From Camelus ferus (Eukaryota), in contig NC_045696.1 in assembly GCF_009834535.1 (NCBI RefSeq), positions 70,558,001 to 70,622,000 of the forward strand: a stretch of 64,000 nt of DNA, read 5' to 3'. The notes beneath the pieces were generated by a model. That model was not told where the DNA came from and made no database searches. It was given only the letters and a program-made list of their open reading frames with translations. Positions 1 to 13,679 of this stretch are shown one piece after another (position 1 is the stretch's first letter; each line of letters opens with the position of its first letter). The position numbers and the translations under genes are program-made.

Positions 1-649
1 AGGAATTTTTAAAAAAAGGCTTAAATCTATATATTAAAAGAGCACATCAAATATGAGGGAAAAATGGCTTAGAGTGATTATACTGAGACCCAATGCAGTA
101 AAGTTGCCAGATTGCAAAATTAAGAAATAGCCAGGAAAAAATGAATTTTGAAAGAGGAAGAAAAAATTCTGGCCAGCCTTATATTTTCCCACAGTGACAT
201 TCAATGCCAGAAGATAACAGAGCAATATTTTCAAGATCATTAAGGAAAGCCAAAATGTTTTTCAATATAAAAGCTAGAGACCAACAATTTGAAGATACAA
301 CTCAAAGAGTATTTTGTTTTCCCGAGTCTTTTTTAAAAGCTCTCCCCCATATTAGTTTACTTTCCACCAAATCACGCCCAAATACCCTCCATATTTTGGG
401 AAAAAAAGCATGTCTTTTATTAAACGTTTGTCCCTTCTTATAAGCCTATCATTTTATAGCCAAGAATCTGAAGCATGATATTCTTCTCTTCTTCATGAAA
501 GTAACATGAATTCATAGAACATTTGAAAAATACATAAAATATTTTAAAAGATAAAGTCAACCATAATTGTACCACTAAGAGAAAATATGATTTAAAACTA
601 TTATATCTCTTTGCCTTTTTCTAATCATTTAGCACAGTGAAGATCCTAT

Positions 650-1363
650 CAGTTGTTCTCAAAATGTGATCCACAAGAGGACTAAGGAGGTCATCAAGAC
701 TCAGGGGGTTCATGAGATCAAATTAATCTTCATAATAATATCAAGATTTTATTTTTATTTTTCAGCATGTGCACATTTGCAAATATGGTGAAACAGCAAG
801 GGTGTGTAAAACTGCTGTCTCCCTAGCCCGAATCCAGGCAGTAGCATGCATCCATAGTAGCAGTCAACATTCTTCAGAACAATCATGGCCCCAGAGGAAA
901 GGGGAAAAAAAAATGCCATTTTTACTCAACACTGTCCTTGATGAAGCAGTGATTTTCATTAACTTTATTAAATTTCAACCCTTAAGTACATATTTTCTTT
1001 AATGTTCTGTGTGATGAAATGAGAAATAGGAATAAAGTACTTTCATTGCACAGCAAAGTACGACAGCAGTCTCAAGGAAAAGCACTTGTGCTATTGTTTG
1101 AGTTGTGAGTTGAACCAACTACTTTTATCATGGAGTACCATGACTGACAGAAAAATATATCTATTCAGACTTGAGTATCTAAAGAAAAGTTTTTCAGAAA
1201 TGAACACAGTAAAGCTGTCACTTCAAGGGAAGAAATGAACATATTTGTTGCCAATAATAAAATTCAAGCTTTCAACTGAAAGAATTTTGGAAAACACAGT
1301 CACCACTGTGAGCTTTACAGCTTCAGAGTAGACTTTACTGATGAGACTGATGGTGGTTCATTA
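650..1363. mobile_element. hAT-Charlie DNA transposon fragment (Charlie1-like)
   Basis: Starts with TIR-like CAGTTGTTCTCAAAATGTG; internal segments (GCTGTCACTTCAAGG...ATTTGTTGCCAATAATAAAATTCAAGCTTTCAA) resemble the recalled Charlie1 consensus. Confidence 0.7.
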
Positions 1364-1399
1364 GCTTTTCTTGAAGAAACTGCTTCAGCAAACAAGAAA

Positions 1400-3930
1400 T
1401 GACTGTGGAAACTATAGCAAAAGCACTGGTGATCAGCATGAACTATATTTAACCACAAAAGTAAGCCTACAGCAAACAGATAGCATTTGACAATGAGGAA
1501 GAGATTTATATGATGATAAACTGTGAGGAGAAAGAGAAATGAAGGTGGGAGGTAGAAAGTATTAAGTCGTCTCAGCTGTAAGTTGGTAGTCAAAAAATAT
1601 CATTTAAAGCACACAATTAAAATTATAACTAGAAAATAATTTTTTACAGTATAAAAGATAATGGTTAAAATCTGGTAATGAAGGCAGGGTTGAGGAGGAG
1701 GAAGGAAGAAAAAATATGCTAAATTTTATCACAGAAAGGACCAATGCCCCCAAAAATAGATCAAGGGAACTATATAATGCTATAATTATAAAGGTAATCG
1801 CTAGAATAAAATATATAATGCTAAATATCAGAAGTACATGCACAGGTAAAAAATAGAGTAAGTGGTAAAAGACTTTTTTTAAAAAAATAAAAAGAAAAAA
1901 TATTTGGCTTAACTCACCTAGGATTTTCAGATTGAAATCTGAAAAAAGCAAAAATCTGAAAGCTCAAAAAGCAAACCCCCAACTCTATGTAGTAAACAAG
2001 AAACAAATACAAAGTAGTCCAGAAAGATTAAAAATAAAAGGATAGGCCAAAGTATACCATGCAAAGAAAAAATCAAGATTGTAATCAGATAAAAGATTAT
2101 CAACTAAAGTAAAATTCAAGCTAAAAGGGCATTAAATGAATAAATAAATCACAATGAAGATAAATTTCCTATTTCTATATGCCAAATTACTACATGGTAC
2201 ATACTAAATTACATAGTGCTAACATTCCTAAAACAGAAAACAGAAGGAAAAATAGAGAAAAGAGCACTGTTAACAGGGCACTTGAATTCTCACCAGCCAT
2301 GAGAAATTGTGTGGACAAAAATGGGTAAGGGTTTAGAAGATCTAACAGTTAATTTTAAAAATCTGATTGAAAATGAACTATTTTCTGTGAAAACACACAA
2401 AACACTATTTCAAGTGCTCATGGAATACTAATAAAAACTGATCATATGCTAAGCCACAAAATACATATAAACAGTGACTCCAAAAAGTAGAATTAGTACA
2501 CAAAACATTATCTCATAACAATACAATAAAATTATAAAGAAATCATATATCAAAAAATAAGATGCTCTCTCCACCTAAAAAATAAACTTTCTCTAAAACT
2601 CTTCATAGAAAGAATACCAATCACAGTTGAAGATTATATATAAAGACAATAATGAAAGTGGTATGTATTGAATTAACAGCCTTAAAAGAGTCTATAAATT
2701 GACATTTTTAAAACACTGCAACAGGAGCAAAATACTGTTTTTTCTGTTTTCTTAAATACACAGAACATCCAACTAAGATAAATGAGATATTTTAGGCCAT
2801 ACAACAAATTTCAAATTTAAAAAGATTCAAGTCATACATATGTTCTCTGACCACAGTGGAATTAAAATAGAAATTAACAAAATAAAGAATAAGAGATGAC
2901 ATCACTATACATTCTCCAGATATAAAAAGGGTAATGAAAATGTCGTGAGCAACTTTTTGCCAATAAATCTGACAAAGATGAAATGGTCAAATTTTGTTAA
3001 AGACAGAAAATGCCAATCCTCACTCAAAAAGAAACAGAATATATAACCCTCTAAGAAATTATACTTATAGTTAAAAACTTTCCTACAAAGAAAACTCAAG
3101 GTCTTGATACTTTCAACGGTGATTCTGTCAAACATTTAAGGAAGAAATACCAAATCTACACAAACTCTTCCATAAAACTGAAAAGGAGGTAACAATCTAC
3201 AACTAATTCTATGAAGTCAGCATTACTCCAATACCAAAAATACACAAAAAGACACCAACAGATTATCATTCCTCATGCACATGTTCACACATAGCGGATA
3301 ATATACTGTAACCAAGTGAATTTATCCCAGGAATGTAGAGTTGGTTTAAAATTCAAAAAAATCAATGCAATTTACCATATCAACAAATGAAAAAAAGAAC
3401 CATATGATCATCACTATAGACATAGAAAAAGAAAATGACCAAAGCCAACAACATTCATTCCTGGGGAAAAAAAAAAAAAAAAACTTTAGGAAATTAAGAA
3501 TAGAATCTCCTCAATCTGATAAAGGGCATCTTTAAAAACCTTTAGCTAGCACCATATTTATAAATCAAAGAATGATGCTTTCCCACTAACACTGGAATAA
3601 GACAAGGATGCCAACTCTCACTATTTCTATTCAACATCATACTGGAGGCCATACTGCAGCCAGTGTAATAAGGCAAGAAAGAGAAATAAAAGGCATCCAA
3701 ATTGGAAAAGAAGAAGTAATTCTGTCTTTATTTGCAGAGAACATGACTGTCTATGTAGAAAATCTGGTGGAATATACAAAGAGTTCTTAGAACTAATAAG
3801 TAAGTTTAGCAAAATTACAAAGTAGATCAAAATACTAAGATCAATTGCATTTCTAATAAACTAGAAACACACAAGGTGAAACTGAAGTAATAAGAAAATA
3901 CCATCTGCAATAGCATAAAAAGTAGTGCCA
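1400..3930 (+). mobile_element. Old degenerate LINE-1 fragments (probably two elements; ORF2 endonuclease and RT remnants)
   Basis: A-rich plus strand with ORF2 remnants ([26 protein letters not shown] in ORF 3608..3790). The endonuclease-region segment appears twice (about 2340-2540 and 2690-2880). Confidence 0.85.
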
Positions 3931-3984
3931 TTGAAGTATCACGAAAGTTAAGAGAGGGGAAATAAGCAACACCAGGGGCACTGA

Positions 3985-4285
3985 CAGCAAGGAGGCCTCC
4001 CTATGTCTGACCTGAAAATGTGACATCAAAACGGATGTCTCAAAGACAGCATTCACCAACCAAATTGCAGAGAAGAATGCTTCAGCAAGAGGGAATAACA
4101 GCTTATGGAAAAGTCCAGATGTAAGAGATGGCACAGAACCTTGAGGAAGTGAGATAGACAGTGTGACTAGAACATAGAGAGGAGACTGGAACTGGATGAA
4201 GAAGGGGCAATGTGCACAATTCTGGACTTTATTCTAAGGGTAAGGGAAAACCACTGAAGGGGTCTTAAGCAGGGAAGTGAGATTA
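3985..4285 (-). mobile_element. L2 fragment
   Basis: GGACTTTATTCTAAGGGTAAGGGAAAACCACTGAAGGGGTCTTAAGCAGGGAAGTGA resembles the L2 antisense consensus. Confidence 0.6.
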
Positions 4286-4570
4286 AAAATTTAAGAACTG
4301 TGGCAGGATCATACGTGATTTAGAGTCTTTTTACTTTTGTTACTCATCAAAATAAAAAATACACTTACATTAGAATACATGTATAAGCTGTAATTACTTC
4401 CTTACAAATTTCTTCTACTATATGCCACTTGCCAAATTCCATCCCCTGCAGCACTTCTTAGCTCTCTTGGCCTAGACTCTCTCACCATCTGCAATTCCAA
4501 ACTTCTGCTCACTTCCTTCTCTTTCTTTAGCCAAGAGACCTTCAGATGTCATGAAAAGAGGACACACAAG

Positions 4571-7500
4571 AGATTTCCACTTCCAGGAAGATGGATCAGA
4601 CATGGTTTTCCCTATTCTTCCCACTTGTATAATTCAAACCCCTACAGTATATACAACAAAACATAAGAAGACTCTGAAAGGTAGAGAGAAGAAATCAGAC
4701 CATCTAGGACCTCAGGACCTGAGGAATGACATGGTGGTGAGTTCCCTGGTTTCGTTTAACCATATGTCCCAGTCTTAGAGCTGAAGAAGCTAGTGACATG
4801 GAAATGCCCATGGGTGCAGATAGAAAAAGCCCCAACAAAAGCTTACTCTCTCTCTAGCCAAGAAAACAAAAAAGGAGAAATTTGGTCAAATAAAATTGGC
4901 CCCATACTGTGATGGTTAATTTTACCTGTCAACTTGTCAGGACCATGAAGTGGCCACATATTTGGTCAAACGTTACTCTAGGGTGTCTTTGAGGGTGTTT
5001 CTGAGTGAGATTAACATATTAATCATAGAAAGAGTGGAGCAAACTCCTCTCTCCAATGCTGAAACATCAGCTCTTTGTGGGTCTTGAGCCTGCCAGCTCT
5101 CAGACTAGAACTTTATCATCAGCTTTTCTGGTTCTCAGCCTTCAGACTTGGACTAAGACTTGGACTAAAACTACACACCAGCTCTCCTGGGTCTCCAGCT
5201 TGCCAAGTGAAGATCTTGGGGCTTCTCAGCCTCCCCAATAATATGAGCTAATTCTTTATAATAAATTATATAATATATCCCCTACTGGTTCCATTTCTCT
5301 GGAGAACCCTGATTGATACACTCACTCATGCCAGCAAAGGCTAAATGGAAAACCTGAATTTCTACCCTCCACAGGATATAACAAGGTACTCCAAACCTCC
5401 CTCCCCAGGTCAGGGTGGTATCAGAGAAGCCTAAGGAAAGTCAGGACTTTCAATTCCAACAAGCCAATAACATATCCTATCCTCCTCCCACATGGAAGCT
5501 GGCAGTGGAGATCATGTGGGGAGCGTGAATTTCTACCTACACTCCAGAGTAATGAGGCCACACTGGGGAGTGGTATCAGAGGAGGTCTATGAATTAGAAC
5601 TTTGACCAACACCCAGTCCAGTGGTTGTGAAGCCACCCTCACCACAGTGCCAATGGAGGCCACATGGAGAGCAGTAATGAGGCACTCCTAGCCCTAACTA
5701 GCCAGTGAGGTACCAGTGAAGTACTAGTAAGGAGCAAGAACTCCCATCTCTGTCCAGCAGTGAGGAGGAGCACTCACCATCAGATACCAGTGGACGCTGA
5801 GTAGGAAACTTGGAATTTACCCGCACGTGGCAGTAACAAGGTAACACCCTTACCCTTACTCTGCCAGGACACTATCAAAAGGAAGCAGTTAAAAAGGAAA
5901 ATTTAAATAAGATATGGAGTCTCACAATATAAAATCCAGAATGTCCATGTTTCAAAAGAAAATCACAAGTTATACCAAGAACGTGGAAGGTCTGAAATTG
6001 AATTTTAAAATGATAATCAATAAATGCCAACACTGATATGGCAGAGATGTTAGAATGATCTGACAAAGATTTTTAAAGCAGCCATCACAAAAGTGCTTCA
6101 ATGAGCAATTACATATTATCTTGGAACAAATGAAAATACAGGAAGTTTCATCAAAGAAATAAAAGATATAAAGAAAAACCAATGGAAATTTTAGAACTGA
6201 AAACTATGATAACTAAATTTTTAAAAAACTCAAAGGATGGATAAAAGAATAAAAGAAAAAAGAGTTCAGAATAAAGAATCAGTGAACTGGAAGAAAGAAC
6301 AACAGAAATTTCTAATCTGAAAGAGAAAACAAAAATAACTTAAAAAAATGAACAGAAACTCAGGGACTCGAAGGCTATAACAAAAGATCTAATGTTTGTG
6401 TTATTAGAACCTCAGAAGAAGAGAAGAAAGAGGGTAGAACTGAAAAAGTACTCAAAAATATAAAGGCTAAAAATGTACCAAGTTTGGCAAAGTTTATAAA
6501 CACATAGATTTATCTAAACAAGATAAATCTAAAGAAATTCACACCAAAGACATTTTCAAACTTCTGAAAACTAAAAGACAAAAAAAAAGAAGTTTTGAAA
6601 GTGTATGAAATAGATGACATCTTAGCTTAGGGAAAAACAATTTGAAGGAATGGATTTCTCATCAAAAACCATGGAGGCCAGAAGAAGTGACACAATTTTT
6701 TCAAGTGCTCAAATAAAGTAACTGTCAACCCAGAATCCCAAATCTAATGATATATTCTTGAAGAATGAAGGGGAAATCAAGATATTTTTAGGTGAAGAGA
6801 ACTTGCTGCCAGCAAAATACCCCCAAAAGAATGGCTAAAGAAAGTTCTCTAAACAGAAAGGAAACAATAAAGCAAGGGACTTTGGTACATCAGAAAGAAG
6901 AAAGAAGAAAGAACACGGTAAGCAAAAATAAGGGTAAATACAATAGGCATTCCTTCTCCTGAGTTTTCTTACTTACGTTTTATGGTTGAAGTGAAAATTA
7001 CAATACTGTGTGGTATGGTTCTAAATAGACATAGAGGAAATATTAAGATAATACAAAGAAGGAAGGGTAAACAGATATTAAGGGAGGTAAGGGTTCTAAA
7101 TTATTTCAACAGGAAAAATAACACCAGTAGACTGTGATAAGTGATGTATATATAATACCTAGAGAAACCACCATATAAAGCTACACAAAAAGATGCACTC
7201 AAATATACTATAGATAAATCAAAATTAAATTCTAATAAACGTTCAAGTAACTCACAATAAGGCAGGAAAAAAAAACAGAGAAGCAAAAAACTGAAAGAAC
7301 AAACAGAAACCAAAAAAATAACATGAGAGACCTAAACCCTAACACATGGATAATTACATTAAATGTAAATAGTCTAAATATACCAATTAAAAGACAGAGG
7401 TTAGCAAAGCAGATTAAAGAAGTCTACAAGAAACTCATGTCATGTCAAATATAACAATACATATGCAGGCTAAAAATAAACTAATGGGAAAAGATACATG

Positions 7501-10169
7501 ATACAAACATCAATCAAAAGAAAGCAGGAGTGGCTATATTAATATTAGATAAAATAAACTTTGGAGCAAAGAAAATTGCTATAAACCAAGAAAGACATTA
7601 TAATGTTAAAAGAGTCAATCCACCAACAAGACATAGCACTCTTAAATGTGTATATACCAAATGACACAGCGCAAAATAAAGGAAGAATTGATAGAACTGA
7701 AAAGATAAATAGACAAATTCACAATTCTAGCTAAAGACTTCAATACTTCAACACACTCAAAAATTGACAGAACTAGACAGAAAATTAGCAAGTATATAGA
7801 CAAACTCAACAACACTATCAAAGTATCCAAACAATATTTTTTGAATGCGTCAACCAACAACAGCAAAAAGCAAATTCTTTTCAAGTGCCTACAGAACAAA
7901 TACCAAGATGAATTACATCTAGGACCATAAAACAAACTTCAGCAAGTTTGAAAGTACTGAAATCATATAGCATGTGTTCTCCAACCACAACTGAATCAAA
8001 CTAGAAATCACTAACAGAAAGATAACAAGAAAATCCGCAAACACTTAAAAACTAAATATACTTCTAAATAACCCATGAATCAATGAGGAAGTCACAGGAG
8101 AAATTTTAAAAACACATTCAACTGAATAAAAACAAAAATACAACATATCAAAGCTTGTAGGACACAGCTAACAGTTGTGCTGAAAGGGTATTTATAGCAT
8201 TAAAAACATACATTAGAAAACTGAAAAAATCTCAAATCAATCTAAGATCTCATTTCAAAAACTCAGAAAAAGAACAAAATAAATCCAAAAGAAACAGAAT
8301 GAAAAACAAAAGGAACAGAAATCAATAAAACTGAAAACAAAACAAAAAACACTAGAGAAAAATCAATAAAACAAAGAGCCAGTTCGTCAAAAAAAAAAAA
8401 AAAAAAAAAAAAGGAGGGGGGGTTGGGTAGCTAAAATTGATTAACCTCTACCAAGGCTGACAAAAAATAAGGAGTAGACACAATTACCGATATGAAGACT
8501 GAAGCAGGGGGCATCACTATAGACCCTGTAGATACCAAAAGGATAAGGGAATACTATCAGTAACACTACACACATAAACTCGACTAACTTAGATGAAATG
8601 GACCAATTCCTCAAAAAAACACTATCTCAACTCATTTAATATGAAACAGATCATTTGGATACACCTCTAATTATTAAAGAAAGTAAATTCATAATTTTAA
8701 AACTTCCCCCCAAAATCTCTATGCACAGATGTTTCACTGAAGTTTTACATCAAACATTAAAGAACTGATGCCACTTCTATATAATCTCTCCCAGAAAACA
8801 GAAAAGAATACCTCCTAGCTGATTCTGTATAGTATTACTAACACCAAAATCTGAAAAAACATTTAAGAAAAACTACAGACTAAAACCTCTCCTGAATAAA
8901 GATGCAAAAATCCTTAACAAAATATTAGCATATAATTCATCATTATGTAAAAAGCTTTACACATCATGACCAAGGGAAGTTTATTCCAGGAATGCAAGGC
9001 TGGTTCAATAATCAAAAGTTCATCAATGTAATATACCATTTTAACAGGCAAAAGCAGAAAAATCACATGATCATATCAATGCAGAAAGAACATCTGACAA
9101 TTCAACACCTATTCATGAAAAAAACTCTTAGAAAAACAGAAAGAGAAGGGAATTTCCTCAACTTGATAAAGAGTACTTAAAACAACATACAGCTAACATA
9201 CTTAATGGTGAAAGATCAAATGCTTTCACTCTGGGAACAAGGCAAGGATGGCTGCTCTCACCATTTATATTCAACACAGTGAGAAGTTCTAGCCCTGGAA
9301 ATACTGCCCTGGAAGTTCTAGCCATGGCAATAAAAGAAGAAAGGTGAGGGGAGGCACACAGATTAGGAAGGAAAAAATAAAACTGTTCTGTTTGCAGATA
9401 ACATTATTGTCTACAAAGAAAATCCCAAGGAATCTAAGCAAAACTTCCTAGTACTAAGAAGTGAGCTCAGCAAGACTGCAGGATACAAGATAAAAACCAA
9501 TTTTATTTCTATAAGCTATTAATGAACACATGGGAACCAAAATAAAAAATTCAGTATCATTTATAATTTCAGAAGAAAAGAAAGAAGAGAAAGAGAGGGA
9601 GGGAGAGAAGGAGAGAGGAAAAGAAGGAATAAGCTGCTTTATTTTTAATAGCCTCAAACTGGAAACAATGAGATGTCCTTCATTGGATGAATGGTTAATC
9701 AATCTGTGGTATTCCATACTATGGAATACAACTCAGCAACAAAAATCAACAATCTATTGATAGATACAACAACCTAGATGAATTACCAGAGAATTATGCT
9801 TAGTTAAAAAAAAAACAAAACTCAATCTCAAAAGATTATATACTATAAATTCTATTTATATAACATTTTTGAAATGATAAAATTATAGCACTGAAGAACA
9901 ATTAATGGTTGCCAAGGGCTAAGAAGGGAGTGAGGGCAGAAGGGTAATGAGTGTGGCTACAGAGGGGCAAAGTGAGGGATTCATGTGGTGATGGAAATGT
10001 TCTATATCTTTATTGCATGGGTCAATATCCTTGTCATGTAATTGTAATATAGTTTTGCAAGATGTTATCATTGGGGAAAACTGAGTTAAGGGTACATGGG
10101 ATCTCTTTATGTCTTTACAACTAAATGTGAATCTACAATTATCCCAAAATTGAAAATTTAATTAAAAAA
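4571..10169 (+). mobile_element. Near-full-length ancient LINE-1 (L1MC-like 3' end) with 5'UTR, ORF1 and ORF2 remnants and an internal ORF2 deletion
   Basis: 5' end GATTTCCACTTCCAGGAAGATGG; ORF2 remnant MQGWFN...NHMIIS (8992..9180); 3' end GGGTACATGGGATCTCT...GTGAATCTACAATTATC plus poly(A); degenerate TSD at 4554-4570 and 10170-10186. Confidence 0.9.
4908..5320. mobile_element. Solo ERVL LTR (MLT2-type) nested in the L1 5'UTR
   Basis: TG...CA ends: starts TGTGATGGTTAATTTT...TGTCAACTTG, ends TTTCTCTGGAGAACCCTGATTGATACA, characteristic of MLT2. Confidence 0.85.
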
Positions 10170-11067
10170 AAAAAAGGATACACATGCCTGCCCCTAATTA
10201 ACTCACTTAAAAAAGGCTAAACCATCCAAATTAGCAATTCCAATCTGGCTTCTTAAAGAAACCAGGGCTTTATCAATGTTGAACATTTAAAACCATAAAC
10301 AAAATAAAACATTAGTTAAAGCCAAATCTATTTCCTTATGTTAAGTCTTCCTTTCCAGAATCTGAAAATGAAGAGACAATACAGATTGTCCAGTGAATAA
10401 TCCCTGGTGGCAACCTCCCATATTCCGGAAAGTGAGCTAGGTGGGATTAGCAGCTCTCCACCTTCCTAAGGGTCAAAGCTAAGTACTGACTCAACTTCCC
10501 ACAGGATGTGCAGTCAGGATGTGACATTCCCAGGACTAGTATACAACCACTTTGAGCAGCTTGTGCTCAAGCTCAGATGATTTCCCCACTTAACCCATTT
10601 GGAAGGCTGCTCTCACAAGAGCCCTTAAAAAAAGGAGAATGGGAAGAGATTGGTCCTCTTGAAGCAAAACCCTCAGTCCATTCAGCCAGATAGGCCTCTC
10701 TATGGGATGCTGAGAGGTCAAGGGAACTGCATGCAGACTTCCAGGCCTCCCGCCCTGAAGTTCCACCTTTGTTGTGTGCCACTTATTTGCCTGATGCCTT
10801 TTAACACACACAGTGAGCAATACCTGCTTTAAGAATATTGCACAAGAATAAAAAAAAAAAAAACCCACAAGAATATTGCACTCTATCTCAAAAGCTTGCA
10901 GAATACTCCCTGAGAGATGGCTGGATTTTGGCCTACAGAATTTTTTTAAAAAGTAAATATTTCTCTGATCTCTTCTTCAGTGGATAGCCCTATAACTGTC
11001 CAAAGAAGACTGTTTCTCTTGTTAGGTATTTGTGTGTATTTAAGATTTATTTTAAAAAAGCAATATG

Positions 11068-12040
11068 TCATATAACTCAGTAGCAAACAAACAACCCAAT
11101 CAAAAAATGGACAGAAGATCTAAAAACATTGCTCTAAAAAAGACATACAAATGGCCAATAGCCACATGATAAAATGCTCAATATTGCTAATTATCAGAGA
11201 AATACAAATCAAAACTACAAAAGGTATCACCTCATACCAATCAGAACAGCCATCATTAAAAAGTCCACAAATGATAAATGCTGGAGAGGGTGTGAAGAAA
11301 AGGGAACCCTCCTACACTGTTGGTGAGAATGTAGTTCAGTGCAGCCATTATCAAAAACAGTACAAAGATTCCTTAAAAAAATTAAAAATAGAATTACCAT
11401 ATGACCCAGCAATCCTCCTCCTGGGCATATATTTGGAGGAAACTCTAATTCAAAAGATACATGCAATACAATGTTCATAGAAGCACTATTTACAATAGCC
11501 AAGACATGGAAACAACCTAAATGTCCACTGACAGATGACTGGATAAAGAAGTTGTAGTATATTTACACAATGGAATACTACTCAGCCATAAAAAAGAATG
11601 AAATAATGCCATTTGCAGCAACATGGATGGACCTGGACTGTCATACTAAGTGAAGTAAGCCAGAAGGAGAAAGAAAAATACCATATGGTATCACTTATAT
11701 GTGGAATTAAAAAAAAAAGAGACACAAATGAACTTATTTACAAAACAGAAACAGACTCAAACATAGAAAACATACTTAAGGTTACCAGTGAGGAAAGGTG
11801 GTGGGGAGGGATAAATTGGGCGTTCAGGATTTGCAGATAATAACTACCATATATAAAAAAGATAAATAACAAGGACCTACTGTATAGCACAGGGAACTAT
11901 ATTCAATGTCTTGTAACAGCCTATAATGAAAAAGTCTTTGAAAAGTAATACATATGTATATGTATAACTGAATCACTATGCTGTACACCAGAAACTAACA
12001 TAACACTGTGAATTGACTATATTTCACTTAAAAAAAAAAA
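11068..12040 (+). mobile_element. 5'-truncated, relatively young LINE-1 (cetartiodactyl-type 3'UTR)
   Basis: ORF2 C-terminus ([20 protein letters not shown] 11151..11480); 3'UTR GTATAGCACAGGGAACTATATTCAA; poly(A); degenerate TSD AAAAAGCAATATG (11055-11067) / AAAAGGCAATGTG (12041-12053). Confidence 0.92.
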
Positions 12041-13334
12041 AAAAGGCAATGTGGATATGTGAATAAAACACTGGGCTGACTGAAAACTTAAATTTAAGCC
12101 TGTCAATTGTTTGAGTGACTGAAGAGATCATTTTATTGCATTGTGACTGTCTTACCATCTGCCAACTGAAGATACAATCTCTGGCTTTCCCTATTTCATA
12201 AGGATGATGTGAAAAGAAATGAGACAGCAGATACAGATTCCCTTGCTTTCTGGAGCAATGGCATTAATTCTCATAATTTATATTCTAAAAGTCAACCAGG
12301 CAATGAAAACTGCATTGTTTGATAATGATTCAAAATTTCAACAAAGCATATGTGTATATATATATACACATATATATGAAAGTAGATAAACATACCTGAG
12401 CACACACACATCTCAGGTAGTATATATCTCAGATATACACACAGATCTCTGCAGGCTCCCAGAGCTAAACAGCTGGTATTCTAGTATGACTATATAAACA
12501 CCATGAGCAGTTACATAACTACATATCTCTCTCAGTATGTGTATTTTTTTTTTCTTTTCAGATATGATGATAACAAAATAACTTTCCAGGAAAAATCTGA
12601 CTCCCCAGAACCAGCATTTTAAACAAGCCTCAAGGATAAGTGCTGGACACTGACACTGTTTTCCCTTCTTCAGATCATCTCAGGGAAGCATGAGTTACAC
12701 AAGGAAAGAGCCTATTGCCTCACTCTATGTTCAGTCTCTGTCCACTCTTTAGCATGAAATCTTATTACAAAAACATATGCCAACAGCTGCTATAAAGATG
12801 GCCTTGAACAATCTGCTTCTCACAGAAATGTAAAAGGAAGCTGGAAAGGGAGCTTGGTAATGGTCACTGTAAGGCTTTGCTTCTAAGATCTTTTAAAATT
12901 ATTTATTTTCAAATCCTTTTAGCTTGATTCATACTATTAAAATACCTTATGTTTATTTACATCTCTATCTTTCTTCATAAACATGAGTGAACCAAGATAA
13001 AATAATCCAAAATACATGAAAATGCTTCCATAGTTCATCGATCAGCTTTTGAGTTGGAGAACACTGTTGGCAGAGAACTCTGATACCAGAAGAGCTAAAG
13101 GGACAGACTGTTAACTGTGCTGACTACTATTGAGGACCCACAAGATGAGGAATAAAAGCCCACAATCATTCAGATATGATTACCATGATTCTCCTAAAAT
13201 TAATTCCTTTGTATTTTCACTTTTTTATACATTTCAATATACTCCTAAAACTTATACATTACTTGGTCTTCTCTATTTCAAAGAGAGCTACCTGACAACA
13301 CACTGGTCTGAGATTATCAAAGAATAAACTGAGG

Positions 13335-13560
13335 AATGCAGATATAGGGTCGAGGCTCCCGAGTCAAGAGGCTGGGTGCCTATTAGTGATTCTACTTACT
13401 GGTCATATGATACTAGACAAGTTACTCTACCTCTCTCTGTGTCTGTTTATACTTCTAAACATCTTTAAATAGGGATAAATAATAACTATTCCTCAAGTAT
13501 GTTATAAAGATTAAGTCAGATACTTGCCAGGCACAAAGCACACAATATTAGCCATGATTA
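13335..13560 (+). mobile_element. MIR SINE
   Basis: Degenerate MIR core (ACTTACTGGTCATATGATACTAGACAAGTTACT...CCTCTCT). Confidence 0.65.
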
Positions 13561-13679
13561 CAGACATCTGTGTGGCAAATGCTAAGTTCTATTCTCAGTT
13601 CAAACCTCCCAGAGTTAGATTTAAAAGATACTCCCCAAGACAAATATTGTATATAACATAAATTTGTGTATTTTAAAAA

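Noticed and set aside
10573..10868. Three overlapping short ORFs in a moderately GC-rich segment
   Set aside because: There is no recognisable protein motif, and the lengths are within chance expectation.
11151..11480. ORFs resembling L1 ORF2 (also 3608..3790, 8992..9180, 27229..27537)
   Set aside because: They are frameshifted remnants of dead L1 copies, not host genes or intact retrotransposons.
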